Position numbers and translations under genes: made by a program. DNA of 64,000 nucleotides, taken from NCBI GenBank assembly GCA_964462115.1, contig CAYWWA010000002.1, forward strand, positions 6,560-70,559, given 5' to 3'. Shown in pieces: positions 1 through 9,407 of this stretch. The notes under the pieces were generated by a model. That model was not told where the DNA came from. It made no database searches and saw only the letters and a list, made by a program, of their open reading frames with translations. Source of the stretch: an uncultured Candidatus Saccharibacteria bacterium (GTDB taxonomy: Bacteria > Patescibacteriota > Minisyncoccia > Phycocordibacterales > CAIZIN01). Each line of letters starts with the position of its first letter. Position 1 is the first letter of the stretch.

Positions 1-148
1 AGCAGTGTCCGTGGTTAACAGGTTTATTATCCAAAAAAGCCAAAGTGTGTTCATCTTCGTAGACTTTATGACTAGGTAATTCGCCAGAAATGATTTTACA
101 AAATACACAGTCGTTTGCAAAATCTTCATTTTGATTAATTTTATTCAT
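1..148 (-). CDS. HIT-family (histidine triad) protein, N-terminal part; gene continues past window start
   Basis: Reverse-strand translation gives MNKINQNEDFANDCVFCKIISGELPSHKVYEDEHTLAFLDNKPVNHGH, a typical HIT/HinT N-terminus; ATG at 146-148. Confidence 0.6.
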   Translation of the reverse strand, partial: MNKINQNEDFANDCVFCKIISGELPSHKVYEDEHTLAFLDNKPVNHGHC

Positions 149-154
149 TTTTTA

Positions 155-163
155 ATTTTAACA
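155..163 (-). promoter_or_regulatory. Extended -10 (TGTTAAAAT) 6 nt upstream of the HIT ATG; leaderless
   Basis: Reverse complement of 155-163 is TGTTAAAAT; spacing to ATG is 6 nt. Confidence 0.4.
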
Positions 164-186
164 AAAAATGCAAAAAAATAAAAAAA

Positions 187-195
187 TGTTATAAT
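187..195 (+). promoter_or_regulatory. Extended -10 (TGTTATAAT) 7 nt upstream of the pgk ATG; leaderless
   Basis: TGTTATAAT at 187-195, ATG at 203, no SD. Confidence 0.45.
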
Positions 196-202
196 CATTT
201 AT

Positions 203-1351
203 ATGAAAACAATTCAAGATTTAATTAAGCTTGGCGATTTATCGGGTAAAAGAGTTTTGCTCAGAGCTGATTTTAATGTGCCGATGGAAGCAGGGAAAAT
301 TACTGATGATTTTAGAATTATTTCTACCTTACCGACCTTAGAAAAATTACAACAAGCTGGTTTGAAAATTATTATTATTGCTCACATCGAACCCAACAAG
401 GAGGGTGAGACAGCGACGCTTCAACCAGTGTTTGCTGAGCTTCAAACTAAATTGGCTGACAAAATATTTTGGGCTGAAAATCTTGAAGCAGTTAGTGAAA
501 AATTATCTTCCTTACAAAATGGGGAAATTATCCTGATGGAAAATATCCGTCAATACGAAGGAGAAAAGAAAAATTCAGCAGAATTGGCCGAGCAGTTAGC
601 TGGTTTGGCTGATTTTTACATCAATGATGCTTTTTCAGTTTGTCACAGAAAACACAGTTCTATTGTCGGGGTGCCAGAACTATTACCTTCTTTTGCTGGA
701 TTGCAATTGGAAAAAGAGATAACCAATTTATCTCGCGCCTTTAATCCCGCCCGACCATTTGGTTTTATTTTAGGCGGCGCTAAATTTGAAACCAAATTGC
801 CTTTAGTAGAAAAATATTTAGACCGAGCTGATTGGGTCGCTATTGGTGGAGCTTTGGCTCACGATATTCTAAAGCAAAAAGGTAAAGAGGTTGGATTATC
901 TAAAGTCTCAAAAGAAGCGGTGGACTTAACTAGGGTGGTAAGTAGCGAGAAATTATTAGCAATTATAGATGTGGTAGTGGTAAATGATAAGCAAGAAATC
1001 AATATAAAAAAACTTGACGATGTTTTACCTACCGATTCCATCAACGATCTTGGGCCAGAAACGGTGGCAGCTTGGGGACAAAAAATTGGTCAAAGTAAAT
1101 TTATTTTATGGAATGGGCCAGTGGGCTGGTTTGAACGTAAAGAATTTGCGGTTGGTACTAATGCTTTGGCTCAGTTTTTGGTAGATAGTGGCGCTGAAGT
1201 CTTGGTGGGGGGTGGAGATACGGTTTCGGCTATTACCCAAATTGGACTTCTCCATGATTACAGTTTTGTCTCTACCGGCGGTGGCGCTACTTTAGATTTT
1301 TTGGCCAACGAAACTCTACCTGGAATTGAGCTAATTGGTAAAAAAAATTAA
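203..1351 (+). CDS. pgk: Phosphoglycerate kinase
   Basis: N-terminus KRVLLRADFNVP and overall PGK architecture, 382 aa. Confidence 0.9.
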   Translation: MKTIQDLIKLGDLSGKRVLLRADFNVPMEAGKITDDFRIISTLPTLEKLQQAGLKIIIIAHIEPNKEGETATLQPVFAELQTKLADKIFWAENLEAVSEKLSSLQNGEIILMENIRQYEGEKKNSAELAEQLAGLADFYINDAFSVCHRKHSSIVGVPELLPSFAGLQLEKEITNLSRAFNPARPFGFILGGAKFETKLPLVEKYLDRADWVAIGGALAHDILKQKGKEVGLSKVSKEAVDLTRVVSSEKLLAIIDVVVVNDKQEINIKKLDDVLPTDSINDLGPETVAAWGQKIGQSKFILWNGPVGWFERKEFAVGTNALAQFLVDSGAEVLVGGGDTVSAITQIGLLHDYSFVSTGGGATLDFLANETLPGIELIGKKN

Positions 1352-1393
1352 AAAAATAAAAGCCATGAACCCTAATAGTTCATGGCTTTTGGG
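1351..1393. terminator. Bidirectional intrinsic terminator between convergent pgk and a small minus-strand gene
   Basis: Hairpin agccatgaac/gttcatggct flanked by an A-run and a T-run. Confidence 0.5.
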
Positions 1394-1403
1394 AAAACTG
1401 CGA

Positions 1404-1619
1404 TTATTTTTTTCCTAGCAATCGCTCAAGCTGGCTTTTGACCTCCAGCTCGTTATGACGTGCTGAGTCGGGTAACATTACCCGCTTGCCGTCACCATCC
1501 AAATGAGTGATGGCCCAGGTTCCGACCTGGGCATCGTGGAGAGAGCAATACCTGAAGGCTGTATCTAGCCTGTCAGAATCAACCCTCTCAAGTTTCAGAT
1601 CACTTCTGTTTGTTTTCAT
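1404..1619 (-). CDS. Hypothetical small protein (71 aa), GC-rich, SD-led
   Basis: Internal Met preceded by AAGGAGG 7 nt upstream; local GC well above background; product MKTNRSDLKLERVDSDRLDTAFRYCSLHDAQVGTWAITHLDGDGKRVMLPDSARHNELEVKSQLERLLGKK has no recognised family. Confidence 0.5.
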   Translation of the reverse strand: MKTNRSDLKLERVDSDRLDTAFRYCSLHDAQVGTWAITHLDGDGKRVMLPDSARHNELEVKSQLERLLGKK

Positions 1620-1723
1620 CTTTACTCCTCCTTGAGTAATGTACAAAAAATCCTACACGTTTTTTTGGAACAAGAACAGTAATTCATGGGAGCTTATTTC
1701 AGTCACTAAAGACTTCCCACATC

Positions 1724-1732
1724 TTACCATTA
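1724..1732 (-). promoter_or_regulatory. Extended -10 (TGGTATAAT) on minus strand about 100 nt upstream of the small GC-rich ORF
   Basis: Reverse complement of ccattatacca gives TGGTATAATGG. Confidence 0.35.
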
Positions 1733-1868
1733 TACCATATTTATTTTTTGGATAAACATTTTTTATCTGATGCCGTTAAAAAAACTTATTAAATAAGGCT
1801 TATTGCGAAATAGAAAAAATTGTCGATTAAAAGCGACAAAAAATACACTTATAATTTTCTCCATTTTA

Positions 1869-1877
1869 TGTTAGACT
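1869..1877 (+). promoter_or_regulatory. Extended -10-like TGTTAGACT 6 nt upstream of the gatB ATG (1884)
   Basis: TGtTAGACT then gtgtca then ATG. Confidence 0.35.
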
Positions 1878-1883
1878 GTGTCA

Positions 1884-3347
1884 ATGACAAATGAAGAATT
1901 TTTGAAAATAAAAGAAAAATATGAGTTAGTGGTGGGTTTGGAAGTTCACGCCGAGCTGAAGACTAAGACTAAAATGTTTTGCGCTTGTGTTAACGATCCG
2001 GATGAGAAAGAAGCAAACCTTAACACTTGTCCAATTTGTTGGGGTCATCCTGGCACACTGCCAGTGGTCAACAAGGAAGCTTTTAAATCAATGATAAAAA
2101 TTGGTTTGAGTGTAGGTGGTAAAATTGCCGATTTTACTGAGTTTGATCGTAAAAACTATTTTTATCCAGACATTCCTAAGGGTTATCAGATTTCTCAATA
2201 TAAATATCCGATTGTCTCGGGTGGAACTTTAGCCGGGGTAGAATTAACTCGTATTCACTTGGAAGAAGATACCGGCACCTCACAGCATGATAAGGGAGAT
2301 TTTTCTTTAGTGAACTACAATCGCGCAGGAGTGCCACTGATGGAGCTGGTTACCGAACCAGTGATTCATTCAGCTGAAAAGGCTACCGAATTTGCCACCG
2401 AATTGCAATTATTGTTGCGAACCTTAGGGGTAGCAGAAGCTAATATGGAGAAAGGGCAGATGCGAGTGGAGGCTAACATTTCAGTGCGACTTAAGGGTGC
2501 AGAAAAATTTGGCACCAAGGTTGAGGTGAAAAATTTAAACTCATTTAAATCAGCTGGACGGGCTATTGAGTTTGAGCAGAGGCGGATGATTGAACTATTG
2601 GAAAGTGGGCGAGGTGATGAAATTGTGCAGGAAACCAGAGGTTTTAATGAAGACAAAGGCTCGACTTTTTCTCAGCGCAAAAAAGAAAACTCCAACGATT
2701 ATCGATATTTTCCTGAACCAGATATTCCTAAGTTTTATATTTCGCAAATTCCAGAGTTTCAAGCGGAAGTTTTACGAGGAGAAATTCCTGAACTGCCTTG
2801 GCAGAAGCGGGAGCGATATGAAAAAGAATTTGGCATTAAAAGCGAGGATGTAGAATTATTTGTGCGAGAAAAAGTGTTGGGGGATTATTTTGAAAAAGTT
2901 ATTGCAGATTTTGCTGGAGCGAAAGCAAAAGTGGTTTTAGCCTCAAACTATATTTTGTCAGACTTGATCGGTTTAGCCAGTCGAGAGAAAATTGGCATTG
3001 AGATTATTTTGGAAAAAGTAAACGATAAAACATTGGCTGAAGTGGTTAATTTGCTTGCGGACAAAAAAATCTCTTCTCGTGGAGCCAAGGATATCTTGCA
3101 GATAATTTACAAAGAGGGTGGTGAACCAACTCAAATCGCTGAAGCTAAAGGTTTGATAATTAAAAAAGATCCAGAATTGCTCAAAAAAATAATTGAGGAA
3201 ATCATTGCCGAAAATCCCCAAGTGGTTGCGGAATATAAATCAGGTAAAACTAACTTGATTCAGTTTTTGGTTGGACAGGGAATGAAAAAAATGAAAGGCG
3301 CCGGCGACCCAGCAGAAATCAAAGAGGGGTTGTTGGGGAAGGTTTAG
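1884..3347 (+). CDS. gatB: Asp/Glu-tRNA(Asn/Gln) amidotransferase subunit B
   Basis: YELVVGLEVHAELKTKTKMFCAC, CPICWGHPGTLP, 487 aa; ORF track starts at GTG 1878, ATG 1884 more likely. Confidence 0.9.
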   Translation: MTNEEFLKIKEKYELVVGLEVHAELKTKTKMFCACVNDPDEKEANLNTCPICWGHPGTLPVVNKEAFKSMIKIGLSVGGKIADFTEFDRKNYFYPDIPKGYQISQYKYPIVSGGTLAGVELTRIHLEEDTGTSQHDKGDFSLVNYNRAGVPLMELVTEPVIHSAEKATEFATELQLLLRTLGVAEANMEKGQMRVEANISVRLKGAEKFGTKVEVKNLNSFKSAGRAIEFEQRRMIELLESGRGDEIVQETRGFNEDKGSTFSQRKKENSNDYRYFPEPDIPKFYISQIPEFQAEVLRGEIPELPWQKRERYEKEFGIKSEDVELFVREKVLGDYFEKVIADFAGAKAKVVLASNYILSDLIGLASREKIGIEIILEKVNDKTLAEVVNLLADKKISSRGAKDILQIIYKEGGEPTQIAEAKGLIIKKDPELLKKIIEEIIAENPQVVAEYKSGKTNLIQFLVGQGMKKMKGAGDPAEIKEGLLGKV

Positions 3348-3437
3348 TTATAAAATTATTTGTCAAAAAATCGATTTTGGTGTAAGATGGTTGGCGTTAT
3401 TTATTATTAATTTTTTATTTAAAAAAACAGAATTTTT

Positions 3438-4934
3438 ATGTCTAAAAAAACGAAAATTATTTGCACGATTGGTCCAGCTAGTATCGCTGAAGACAAACTA
3501 GCTAAGCTGTTGAAGGCGGGGATGAACGTGATTCGCCTAAACTTTGCTCACGGCGATTTTAAAGAGCATTTAACCAAAATTAACAACGCCAAAAAGGCTG
3601 GTATTCCGTTTGCGGTTTTGCAAGACTTGGGTGGTCCTAAAATTAGGATCGGGACTTTTGGTTCAGACAAGAATCAAGATGTGGCTATTACTCTTAAGAA
3701 GGGCCAAAAATTTACTATCACTACCGACGAGGTGGTTGGGGATGAAAATAAAGTTTCAGTAAATTATCCATTGTTTGCTAAGGAAGTTAAAGCGGGTGAT
3801 CAGGTGTTCCTGCAAGATGGCAAAAAGAAATTGAAAGCCATAGAAGTAAAAGGTAATGAGGTAATCTGTGAGGTAATTGTAGGTGGTGAATTAAAGGGCA
3901 GAAAGGGGGTCAATCTTCCAGACTCCGAACTAACCATTCCAGCCTTAACCGACAAGGATATTGTTGATTTGGAATTTGGTATTAAAAATAAAGTAGAATA
4001 TATTTGTCTATCTTTTGTGCGTCGGGCTGATGATATTATTAAGCTACGAGAAATTTTAGCTAAACGAAAATCTACCGCTAAAATTATTGCCAAGATTGAA
4101 ACTCCTCAGGCGATGAAGCGAATTGATCAGATTCTACCTTTGGTGGATGGTATTATGGTTGGCCGTGGTGATTTGTCGGTAGAAGTGCCTCGTGAACGAG
4201 TTAATGCTTATCAAAAAATCTTAATTGGTAAAGCTAAAGCCCAAGGCAAAATTGTGATTTTGGCTACTACCGTGATGGAATCTATGATCAAAAATTTTGT
4301 GCCAACTGCCGCCGAAGTGGGAGACGTGACCAACGCTATTTTAGAGGGAGCAGATATGGTGATGACCTCAGACGAGACCGCGACTGGTGATTATCCTGTA
4401 GAAACTGTTGAAACTATGGCTCGCATTGCTGAGTTTGTAGAAAATTCACCAATTACTAAAGATTATATTGGAATTGGGGCTAGTCTATATGTTGATAGTT
4501 GTGTTTGTGACTATGCTTCAGGTGTGGTTTGTGATAGTTGCAACGGTGTAAAAACAGTAGACGACTCATCGTCAGTTATGACTTCCATCACTAAATCGGC
4601 TGTGGTAACTGCTGATATGGTTGGAGCTAAGTTAATTGCCAATTTTACTCTAACAGGTTTGTCGGCTAATTGGCTTTCTTCTTACAAACCAGTTTGCCCA
4701 ATTATTTCCTTTACTCCAAACGAAAGCACCGCTAAACAATTGATAGCCGTCTGGGGAGTAACTCCAGTTTTGACTAAGAAATTCAAAAACTTAGATGAAG
4801 CGTTGAAAGAAGCTAAAACTTATTTGATAAAAAATAAATTAGCAGTTAAAGGTGATAAAGTGGTCTTTACCTACGGTCATCCTTTTGCTGGCAAGGACAC
4901 TGTTTCTAATGCAGTCTTTGTAGAAACTCTATAA
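3438..4934 (+). CDS. pyk: Pyruvate kinase, with a Cys-rich insertion in the C-terminal domain
   Basis: KIICTIGPAS, NVIRLNFAHGD, MVGRGDLSVEVP; insert SCVCDYASGVVCDSCNG. Confidence 0.88.
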   Translation: MSKKTKIICTIGPASIAEDKLAKLLKAGMNVIRLNFAHGDFKEHLTKINNAKKAGIPFAVLQDLGGPKIRIGTFGSDKNQDVAITLKKGQKFTITTDEVVGDENKVSVNYPLFAKEVKAGDQVFLQDGKKKLKAIEVKGNEVICEVIVGGELKGRKGVNLPDSELTIPALTDKDIVDLEFGIKNKVEYICLSFVRRADDIIKLREILAKRKSTAKIIAKIETPQAMKRIDQILPLVDGIMVGRGDLSVEVPRERVNAYQKILIGKAKAQGKIVILATTVMESMIKNFVPTAAEVGDVTNAILEGADMVMTSDETATGDYPVETVETMARIAEFVENSPITKDYIGIGASLYVDSCVCDYASGVVCDSCNGVKTVDDSSSVMTSITKSAVVTADMVGAKLIANFTLTGLSANWLSSYKPVCPIISFTPNESTAKQLIAVWGVTPVLTKKFKNLDEALKEAKTYLIKNKLAVKGDKVVFTYGHPFAGKDTVSNAVFVETL

Positions 4935-4960
4935 ACTTTTTCTCCAAAGTAAAAACAAAA

Positions 4961-4997
4961 AATAGTTTGAATCCCTAAATTCAGGCTATTTTTTTTT
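4961..4997 (+). terminator. Intrinsic terminator after pyk
   Basis: 12-bp stem aatagtttgaat/attcaggctatt (two G-U pairs) followed by a T9 run. Confidence 0.6.
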
Positions 4998-5016
4998 GCA
5001 TTTTATATTAAAATAT

Positions 5017-5025
5017 GGTATAATG
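5017..5025 (+). promoter_or_regulatory. Extended -10 TGGTATAAT with -35 TTGCAT, 5 nt upstream of the folD ATG
   Basis: TTGCAT-N17-TATAAT, ATG at 5031. Confidence 0.5.
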
Positions 5026-5030
5026 TAAAG

Positions 5031-5831
5031 ATGTGTGAAGAGTTACGGGGTAAGGAAATATCCTTGCAAATCAAGGACAATCAGGTAAAAACGGTGCTTG
5101 GTTTTAAAAAAAATGGCATTTTTCCATGTCTTTGTATTGTGCGCGATTCACAAAATCCTGTGATTGAAAAATATGTTCAGTTGAAGAAAAAATATGGTGA
5201 AGAGATTGGGGTTAGAGTTGAAGATATTTTAGTTAAAACAGATGAGTTGGCTGAAACTATTGAAAAACTAAATCAAGATGAAAAAGTCAACGGTTTAATC
5301 TTGCAATTTCCTATTCTGGATAAAGATAAAGGTGACGAATTAAGCAATTTAATCGCTGCCCACAAAGATGTTGATGGTTTGAATGAAAAAAAAAGCAATT
5401 TTAATTCCGCTACCGCTGAGGCAATTTTGTATTTATTGGAAAAAAATAATATTGATTTATTAAACAAGAAAATTGCTTTAGTAGGCTGTGGCAAACTGGT
5501 AGGACGTCCGTTGATTAAAATATTTACTGAACGAAATTATAATTTTGAAATTTTTCGGTCAAAAGATGAGGCAAAATTAGCAAAAGAATTACCTGGGTTT
5601 GATATAATCATCACAGCGGTGGGGAAGGCTAATTTACTTACTTCAGCGATGATTAAGGATGGTGCCATAGTGGTAGATGCTGGCACAGCCTGCGAAGATG
5701 GTAAAATCTTAGGAGATGTCTCAGACTGCGTTCGTGAGCGAAACAATGTTAAAATATCAGCTAAAATTGGTGGGGTTGGGCCACTTACGATTACTATACT
5801 TTTTGCTCATTTGATAGAAACCTGTGAATAG
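5031..5831 (+). CDS. folD: Bifunctional methylene-THF dehydrogenase/cyclohydrolase
   Basis: VGCGKLVGRPL NAD(P) motif, DAGT, C-terminal GGVGPLTITIL. Confidence 0.8.
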   Translation: MCEELRGKEISLQIKDNQVKTVLGFKKNGIFPCLCIVRDSQNPVIEKYVQLKKKYGEEIGVRVEDILVKTDELAETIEKLNQDEKVNGLILQFPILDKDKGDELSNLIAAHKDVDGLNEKKSNFNSATAEAILYLLEKNNIDLLNKKIALVGCGKLVGRPLIKIFTERNYNFEIFRSKDEAKLAKELPGFDIIITAVGKANLLTSAMIKDGAIVVDAGTACEDGKILGDVSDCVRERNNVKISAKIGGVGPLTITILFAHLIETCE

Positions 5832-5949
5832 GTTGTGGAGGATTTAAAATAATTGACTTTTTTAATTTTTTATGTTAGATTGCAGGCTGTTGTTCACATA
5901 ACGAGTGTTGTGTGAATATTGTTCTTTTGAATCGAAAAAAGGAAAGAAA

Positions 5950-6369
5950 ATGAAAAAGATGTTGTTTGTTGTTATCTTGTGCCTGTGTTATCAAGCAATG
6001 TTCGTTGTTGCTGACACTAATGTGGTCGGTATTATCAAAATTAACCCCACCGCATCGGTCTACTATCCTACAAATGCTTTTTGTGAGACAGTGGCCGGTA
6101 CTAATGCCTTGAATTTCAACATGGATTTGTTTCAGGTTGAAAACGGCACAACCACCAACAAGGTTAATAAATGGACGGTGACTCCTATGGTCTCCACCAA
6201 TTTATTGAGTGGGTTTAAAAAGCTCAACAGTCAGAGCCTGTTTGTCTGGACAAACTCGTTTGCGAGAGTCAAAGCTGTCTCTTTGCTGGAGTATTCCAAA
6301 CACCAAGTCATCATTTTCAGAGCAGAATCTATCTATCCAGAATTTTTTATTAAGTTTGAGATAGAATGA
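5950..6369 (+). CDS. Hypothetical secreted protein (signal peptide)
   Basis: MKKMLFVVILCLCYQAMFVVA signal peptide; SD aaggaaag upstream; ORF-track start 5905 unlikely. Confidence 0.5.
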   Translation: MKKMLFVVILCLCYQAMFVVADTNVVGIIKINPTASVYYPTNAFCETVAGTNALNFNMDLFQVENGTTTNKVNKWTVTPMVSTNLLSGFKKLNSQSLFVWTNSFARVKAVSLLEYSKHQVIIFRAESIYPEFFIKFEIE

Positions 6370-6475
6370 TTTTGTCGGTGTGCTGGTGGTATTGTGTTTT
6401 TGCACTTACCACCAGCTCCACCCATTTTCTCTTTTTGTGTTATTATATTTAATAATAAAAATAAATTTTATAAAA

Positions 6476-7477
6476 ATGAAAAAAATATTTCAAATAAGTC
6501 TAATATTCACCTTTGTGTTTTTGGGTTTTTATGTTGTAAGTAGCGCAGAAGAAGAACCAATCGCTGTCATTGATTTTCAGAATGAAGAAACTCCAACTAT
6601 TGTTATCCCGTTAGCTGATGATTCCCAAGGGACCACAACAATTATCAATTCCGAAGTAAATGGTTTAAGTTTTCAATCGCTTGACAACAGCACGTTGAAC
6701 AATAGTTGTGTTTTTTCTAATGAGAACGGTATGACCTACGATTGTGATATTGATGGTGATGGTATAGAAAATAAAGACGACTTATGTATTACAGTTTATG
6801 GTATCAGCGAAAACTTTGGTTGCCCAGCGGGCGATACTAATCACGATGGTAATGTTGATGGAGACGACCTGGGAACATGTACAATTGCAGGAAAACAATC
6901 TTTAGCTGCTAATGATTCAAATTGTACAAATACATCTTCAGGTGGCGGATCTTCTGCTTTTACTGGAACAGTTAAGGGTGCTTGTGATATCAATGTAGAT
7001 TTGTCTAAGATTATCACCGACCTTGAGTCTATGACTGCAGATGAAATTCAGGCAGTAGTTAACGAAATTACCTCTGGAATTGAGTGTTTAGGTGGTTCAA
7101 CTGCCGTAACTGGTTCTGTCACTGGCTACTTGTCAAAATGTGCCGATCTAAAATATAATGATGCCCACGTTTGTGTGCTATTGTTGCAACAATATTTAAA
7201 TGCTAACGATGCCTTATTGGTTAAGCCCCTTGCTTCAAACAGTGTCGCTGGTATCACAGGATCGGAAACAGCCTATTTCTGCAATCGTACTGAAACCGCT
7301 CTGTTAAAATTCCAGAAAGAAAACAATATCACCACTTCTGGTGTGCTTGATTCAGTCACTAAGGAATTAATTGTCAAAAAAGGTGATTTCTTCAAAACTA
7401 ACTTAGTTAGCACTTTATTCTCAGCCCCTATCATTTCTGCTGATTGTCCAGCCGGAGAGTATCGTGTTAATGGTTAA
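6476..7477 (+). CDS. Secreted protein with dockerin/thrombospondin-type Ca-binding loops and a C-terminal PG_binding_1-like domain
   Basis: Signal peptide MKKIFQISLIFTFVFLGFYVVSS; DIDGDGIENKDD and DTNHDGNVDGDD loops; C-terminal NRTETALLKFQKENNITTSGVLDSVTKELI resembles the peptidoglycan-binding domain consensus. Confidence 0.55.
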   Translation: MKKIFQISLIFTFVFLGFYVVSSAEEEPIAVIDFQNEETPTIVIPLADDSQGTTTIINSEVNGLSFQSLDNSTLNNSCVFSNENGMTYDCDIDGDGIENKDDLCITVYGISENFGCPAGDTNHDGNVDGDDLGTCTIAGKQSLAANDSNCTNTSSGGGSSAFTGTVKGACDINVDLSKIITDLESMTADEIQAVVNEITSGIECLGGSTAVTGSVTGYLSKCADLKYNDAHVCVLLLQQYLNANDALLVKPLASNSVAGITGSETAYFCNRTETALLKFQKENNITTSGVLDSVTKELIVKKGDFFKTNLVSTLFSAPIISADCPAGEYRVNG

Positions 7478-7492
7478 TTTAAAAATCTAATT

Positions 7493-7522
7493 AAAAAAAA
7501 TCGCTTAGAAGCGATTTTTTTT
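7493..7522 (+). terminator. Intrinsic terminator
   Basis: aatcgcttagaagcgatt hairpin followed by a T8 run. Confidence 0.55.
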
Positions 7523-7531
7523 AATGTTTTA

Positions 7532-7540
7532 TGCTATAAT
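7532..7540 (+). promoter_or_regulatory. Extended -10 TGCTATAAT 7 nt upstream of ATG 7547; leaderless
   Basis: TGCTATAAT motif recurs across the window at the same distance from start codons. Confidence 0.5.
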
Positions 7541-7546
7541 TTTCTT

Positions 7547-9076
7547 ATGGACAACAAGTCTTCATCGCCATTTCGGGATTATTATTTTAATCGGGCTCAG
7601 CTAGAGAATAATAAAACTGAATATTTGTCATTCTTATCGGCTCTAAGGGTATTTGTAAATGCCATCAGAGATTATAAGAAGGGCGAAATTTTAAGCACTA
7701 AAGATTTTGTAGAATTTGTTAAGGTTCATAATGAAAATAATATTGAGTTAAATGATGTTGGGCCGTTTGCTAAATTAGATCAAGCGGTTAATTTTATGAC
7801 TGTGCACAAAGCAAAAGGTTTAGAGTTTGAAACAGTCTTTATCTTATCAGTCATTGATAGTGTTTGGGGCAAGGAAAGCCGAGCTAATAAATTAGCAATG
7901 CCGCTTAATTTAAAATTAAAATCTGATAGTGAAGACAATGACGATGATTGTTTGCGCTTATTTTTTGTAGCATTGACCAGAGCAAAGAAAAATTTATACA
8001 TCAGCTCTTTTGCTCAAAAAGATGATGGTAAAGAGGCGAACAAATTAAAGTTTTTATCGGGAACTGAAAATGAAGAAAAACTAAAATTGATTGATAAAAA
8101 TTATAATCAAAAAAATGAATCCATAGTTCCTGACGCTACTCTAGTCTTGGAGTCATCGTTGTTAGAGAATCAAAATCCACCAGTGGAATTTGTGGCTGAT
8201 GAAAAAGAACTATTAAAAACCTTAGTTAAAGATTATAAAATCTCTGTCACTCACTTAAATAATTTTCTAGATTTAACTAATGGTCATGGAGCAGAAAATA
8301 ATTATGGCCCACTATATTTTTTGGAGAATAATCTGTTAAGGTTTCCCTCAGGAAAAAGTTTGTCGGGTAGTTTCGGCTCCGCTATCCACTTTGCGCTAGA
8401 AAGGGCAATCAAAAATTTTAAAAAATCTGAGTCAAGCAAAATTGATAAGATAGTATCGGAGCAGGATTTATTCAAATGGTTTGAACAGAGTTTAAAAAGA
8501 GAAAAAATGTCTAAAATAGACTTTGCTAAATATTACGAGCGGGGAGTTTTTGCTTTGAAAAAATTTTGGCAAGAAAATAAAGATGATTTTAAAGTTAGCG
8601 ATTGGTCAGAATTTAGTTTTGCGAACGAGGGGGTAAAAATCGGTCAAGCTGTTCTTAATGGTAAGATTGATCGAATTAGTCAAACAGAAAAAGGGATTTT
8701 AGAGGTTTTTGATTTCAAAACCGGCAAAGCATTGAGAAAGTGGGGAAAGGATATCAAATCAATAAACTACAAGAGACAGTTGATTTTTTATAAAATTTTA
8801 GTTGAAAACTCTAAAAGTTTTGGTGATCAATTTGTGGTTCCTAAAGGAGAACTAGTTTTTATTGAACCAGACGAAAATGGGGAATTAACTCGATTGGCTT
8901 TAGAAATTGATTCTGATGAGGTAGAAAAGTTAAAGAGTTTACTTGATATTGTTTATACTAAAATTATCTCGTTAGAATTTCTAGATGAGGAGTTTCTGCA
9001 AAAACTATATAAATATCCTAAAACCATAGAGGGCAATCAACAGTTTGAACATGATTTATTAAATGGGCTAATCTAA
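7547..9076 (+). CDS. C-terminal half of a UvrD/PcrA-like SF1 helicase fused to a RecB-family PD-(D/E)xK nuclease domain
   Basis: Helicase motifs V/VI (FMTVHKAKGLEFETVF, RLFFVALTRAKKNLYIS); nuclease motifs GKIDRI, VFDFKTGK, QLIFYKIL; no Walker A or motifs I-IV. Confidence 0.7.
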   Translation: MDNKSSSPFRDYYFNRAQLENNKTEYLSFLSALRVFVNAIRDYKKGEILSTKDFVEFVKVHNENNIELNDVGPFAKLDQAVNFMTVHKAKGLEFETVFILSVIDSVWGKESRANKLAMPLNLKLKSDSEDNDDDCLRLFFVALTRAKKNLYISSFAQKDDGKEANKLKFLSGTENEEKLKLIDKNYNQKNESIVPDATLVLESSLLENQNPPVEFVADEKELLKTLVKDYKISVTHLNNFLDLTNGHGAENNYGPLYFLENNLLRFPSGKSLSGSFGSAIHFALERAIKNFKKSESSKIDKIVSEQDLFKWFEQSLKREKMSKIDFAKYYERGVFALKKFWQENKDDFKVSDWSEFSFANEGVKIGQAVLNGKIDRISQTEKGILEVFDFKTGKALRKWGKDIKSINYKRQLIFYKILVENSKSFGDQFVVPKGELVFIEPDENGELTRLALEIDSDEVEKLKSLLDIVYTKIISLEFLDEEFLQKLYKYPKTIEGNQQFEHDLLNGLI

Positions 9077-9104
9077 CTCTTACTAAAAGTAAACTATTAT
9101 TTTG

Positions 9105-9176
9105 CGGGCCCGCCCCGACTCGAACGGGGAACCTCGGTTTTGGAGACCGATGTTTTACCATTGAAACTACAAGCCC
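9105..9176 (-). tRNA. tRNA-Trp (anticodon CCA)
   Basis: Reverse complement folds as a cloverleaf: acceptor GGGCUUG/CGGGCCC with two G-U pairs, anticodon loop CUCCAAA, T-loop GTTCGAGTC; no encoded CCA. Confidence 0.75.
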
Positions 9177-9391
9177 TAGTTTCTTCCTGTTTAGGATATC
9201 ATTTTTTTATGAAAAAAGCAATTTTACTTTGATTTTGTTTTTAAAAAAGAATATTTAGATTTAGTGGAAAAATACAAAAATAAGTTTTTATCTATTAAAA
9301 GCGACCGTGATTATTATCTTTAATATTGCCAACTCTAAAATAGTATTTTATACTACTATATCCACAAAATAGCTATATTTTTTCAATGTTA

Positions 9392-9400
9392 TGTTATCAT
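9392..9400 (+). promoter_or_regulatory. Extended -10 TGTTATCAT 7 nt upstream of ATG 9408
   Basis: Same TGnTAT..AT pattern and spacing as other genes. Confidence 0.4.
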
Positions 9401-9407
9401 CAGAATC

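Noticed and set aside
859-1044. 61-aa minus-strand ORF inside pgk; likewise 2366-2656, 2590-2853 and 2973-3221 inside gatB, and 3800-4093 inside pyk
   Set aside because: They are nested within strongly supported housekeeping genes and have no promoter or RBS signal.
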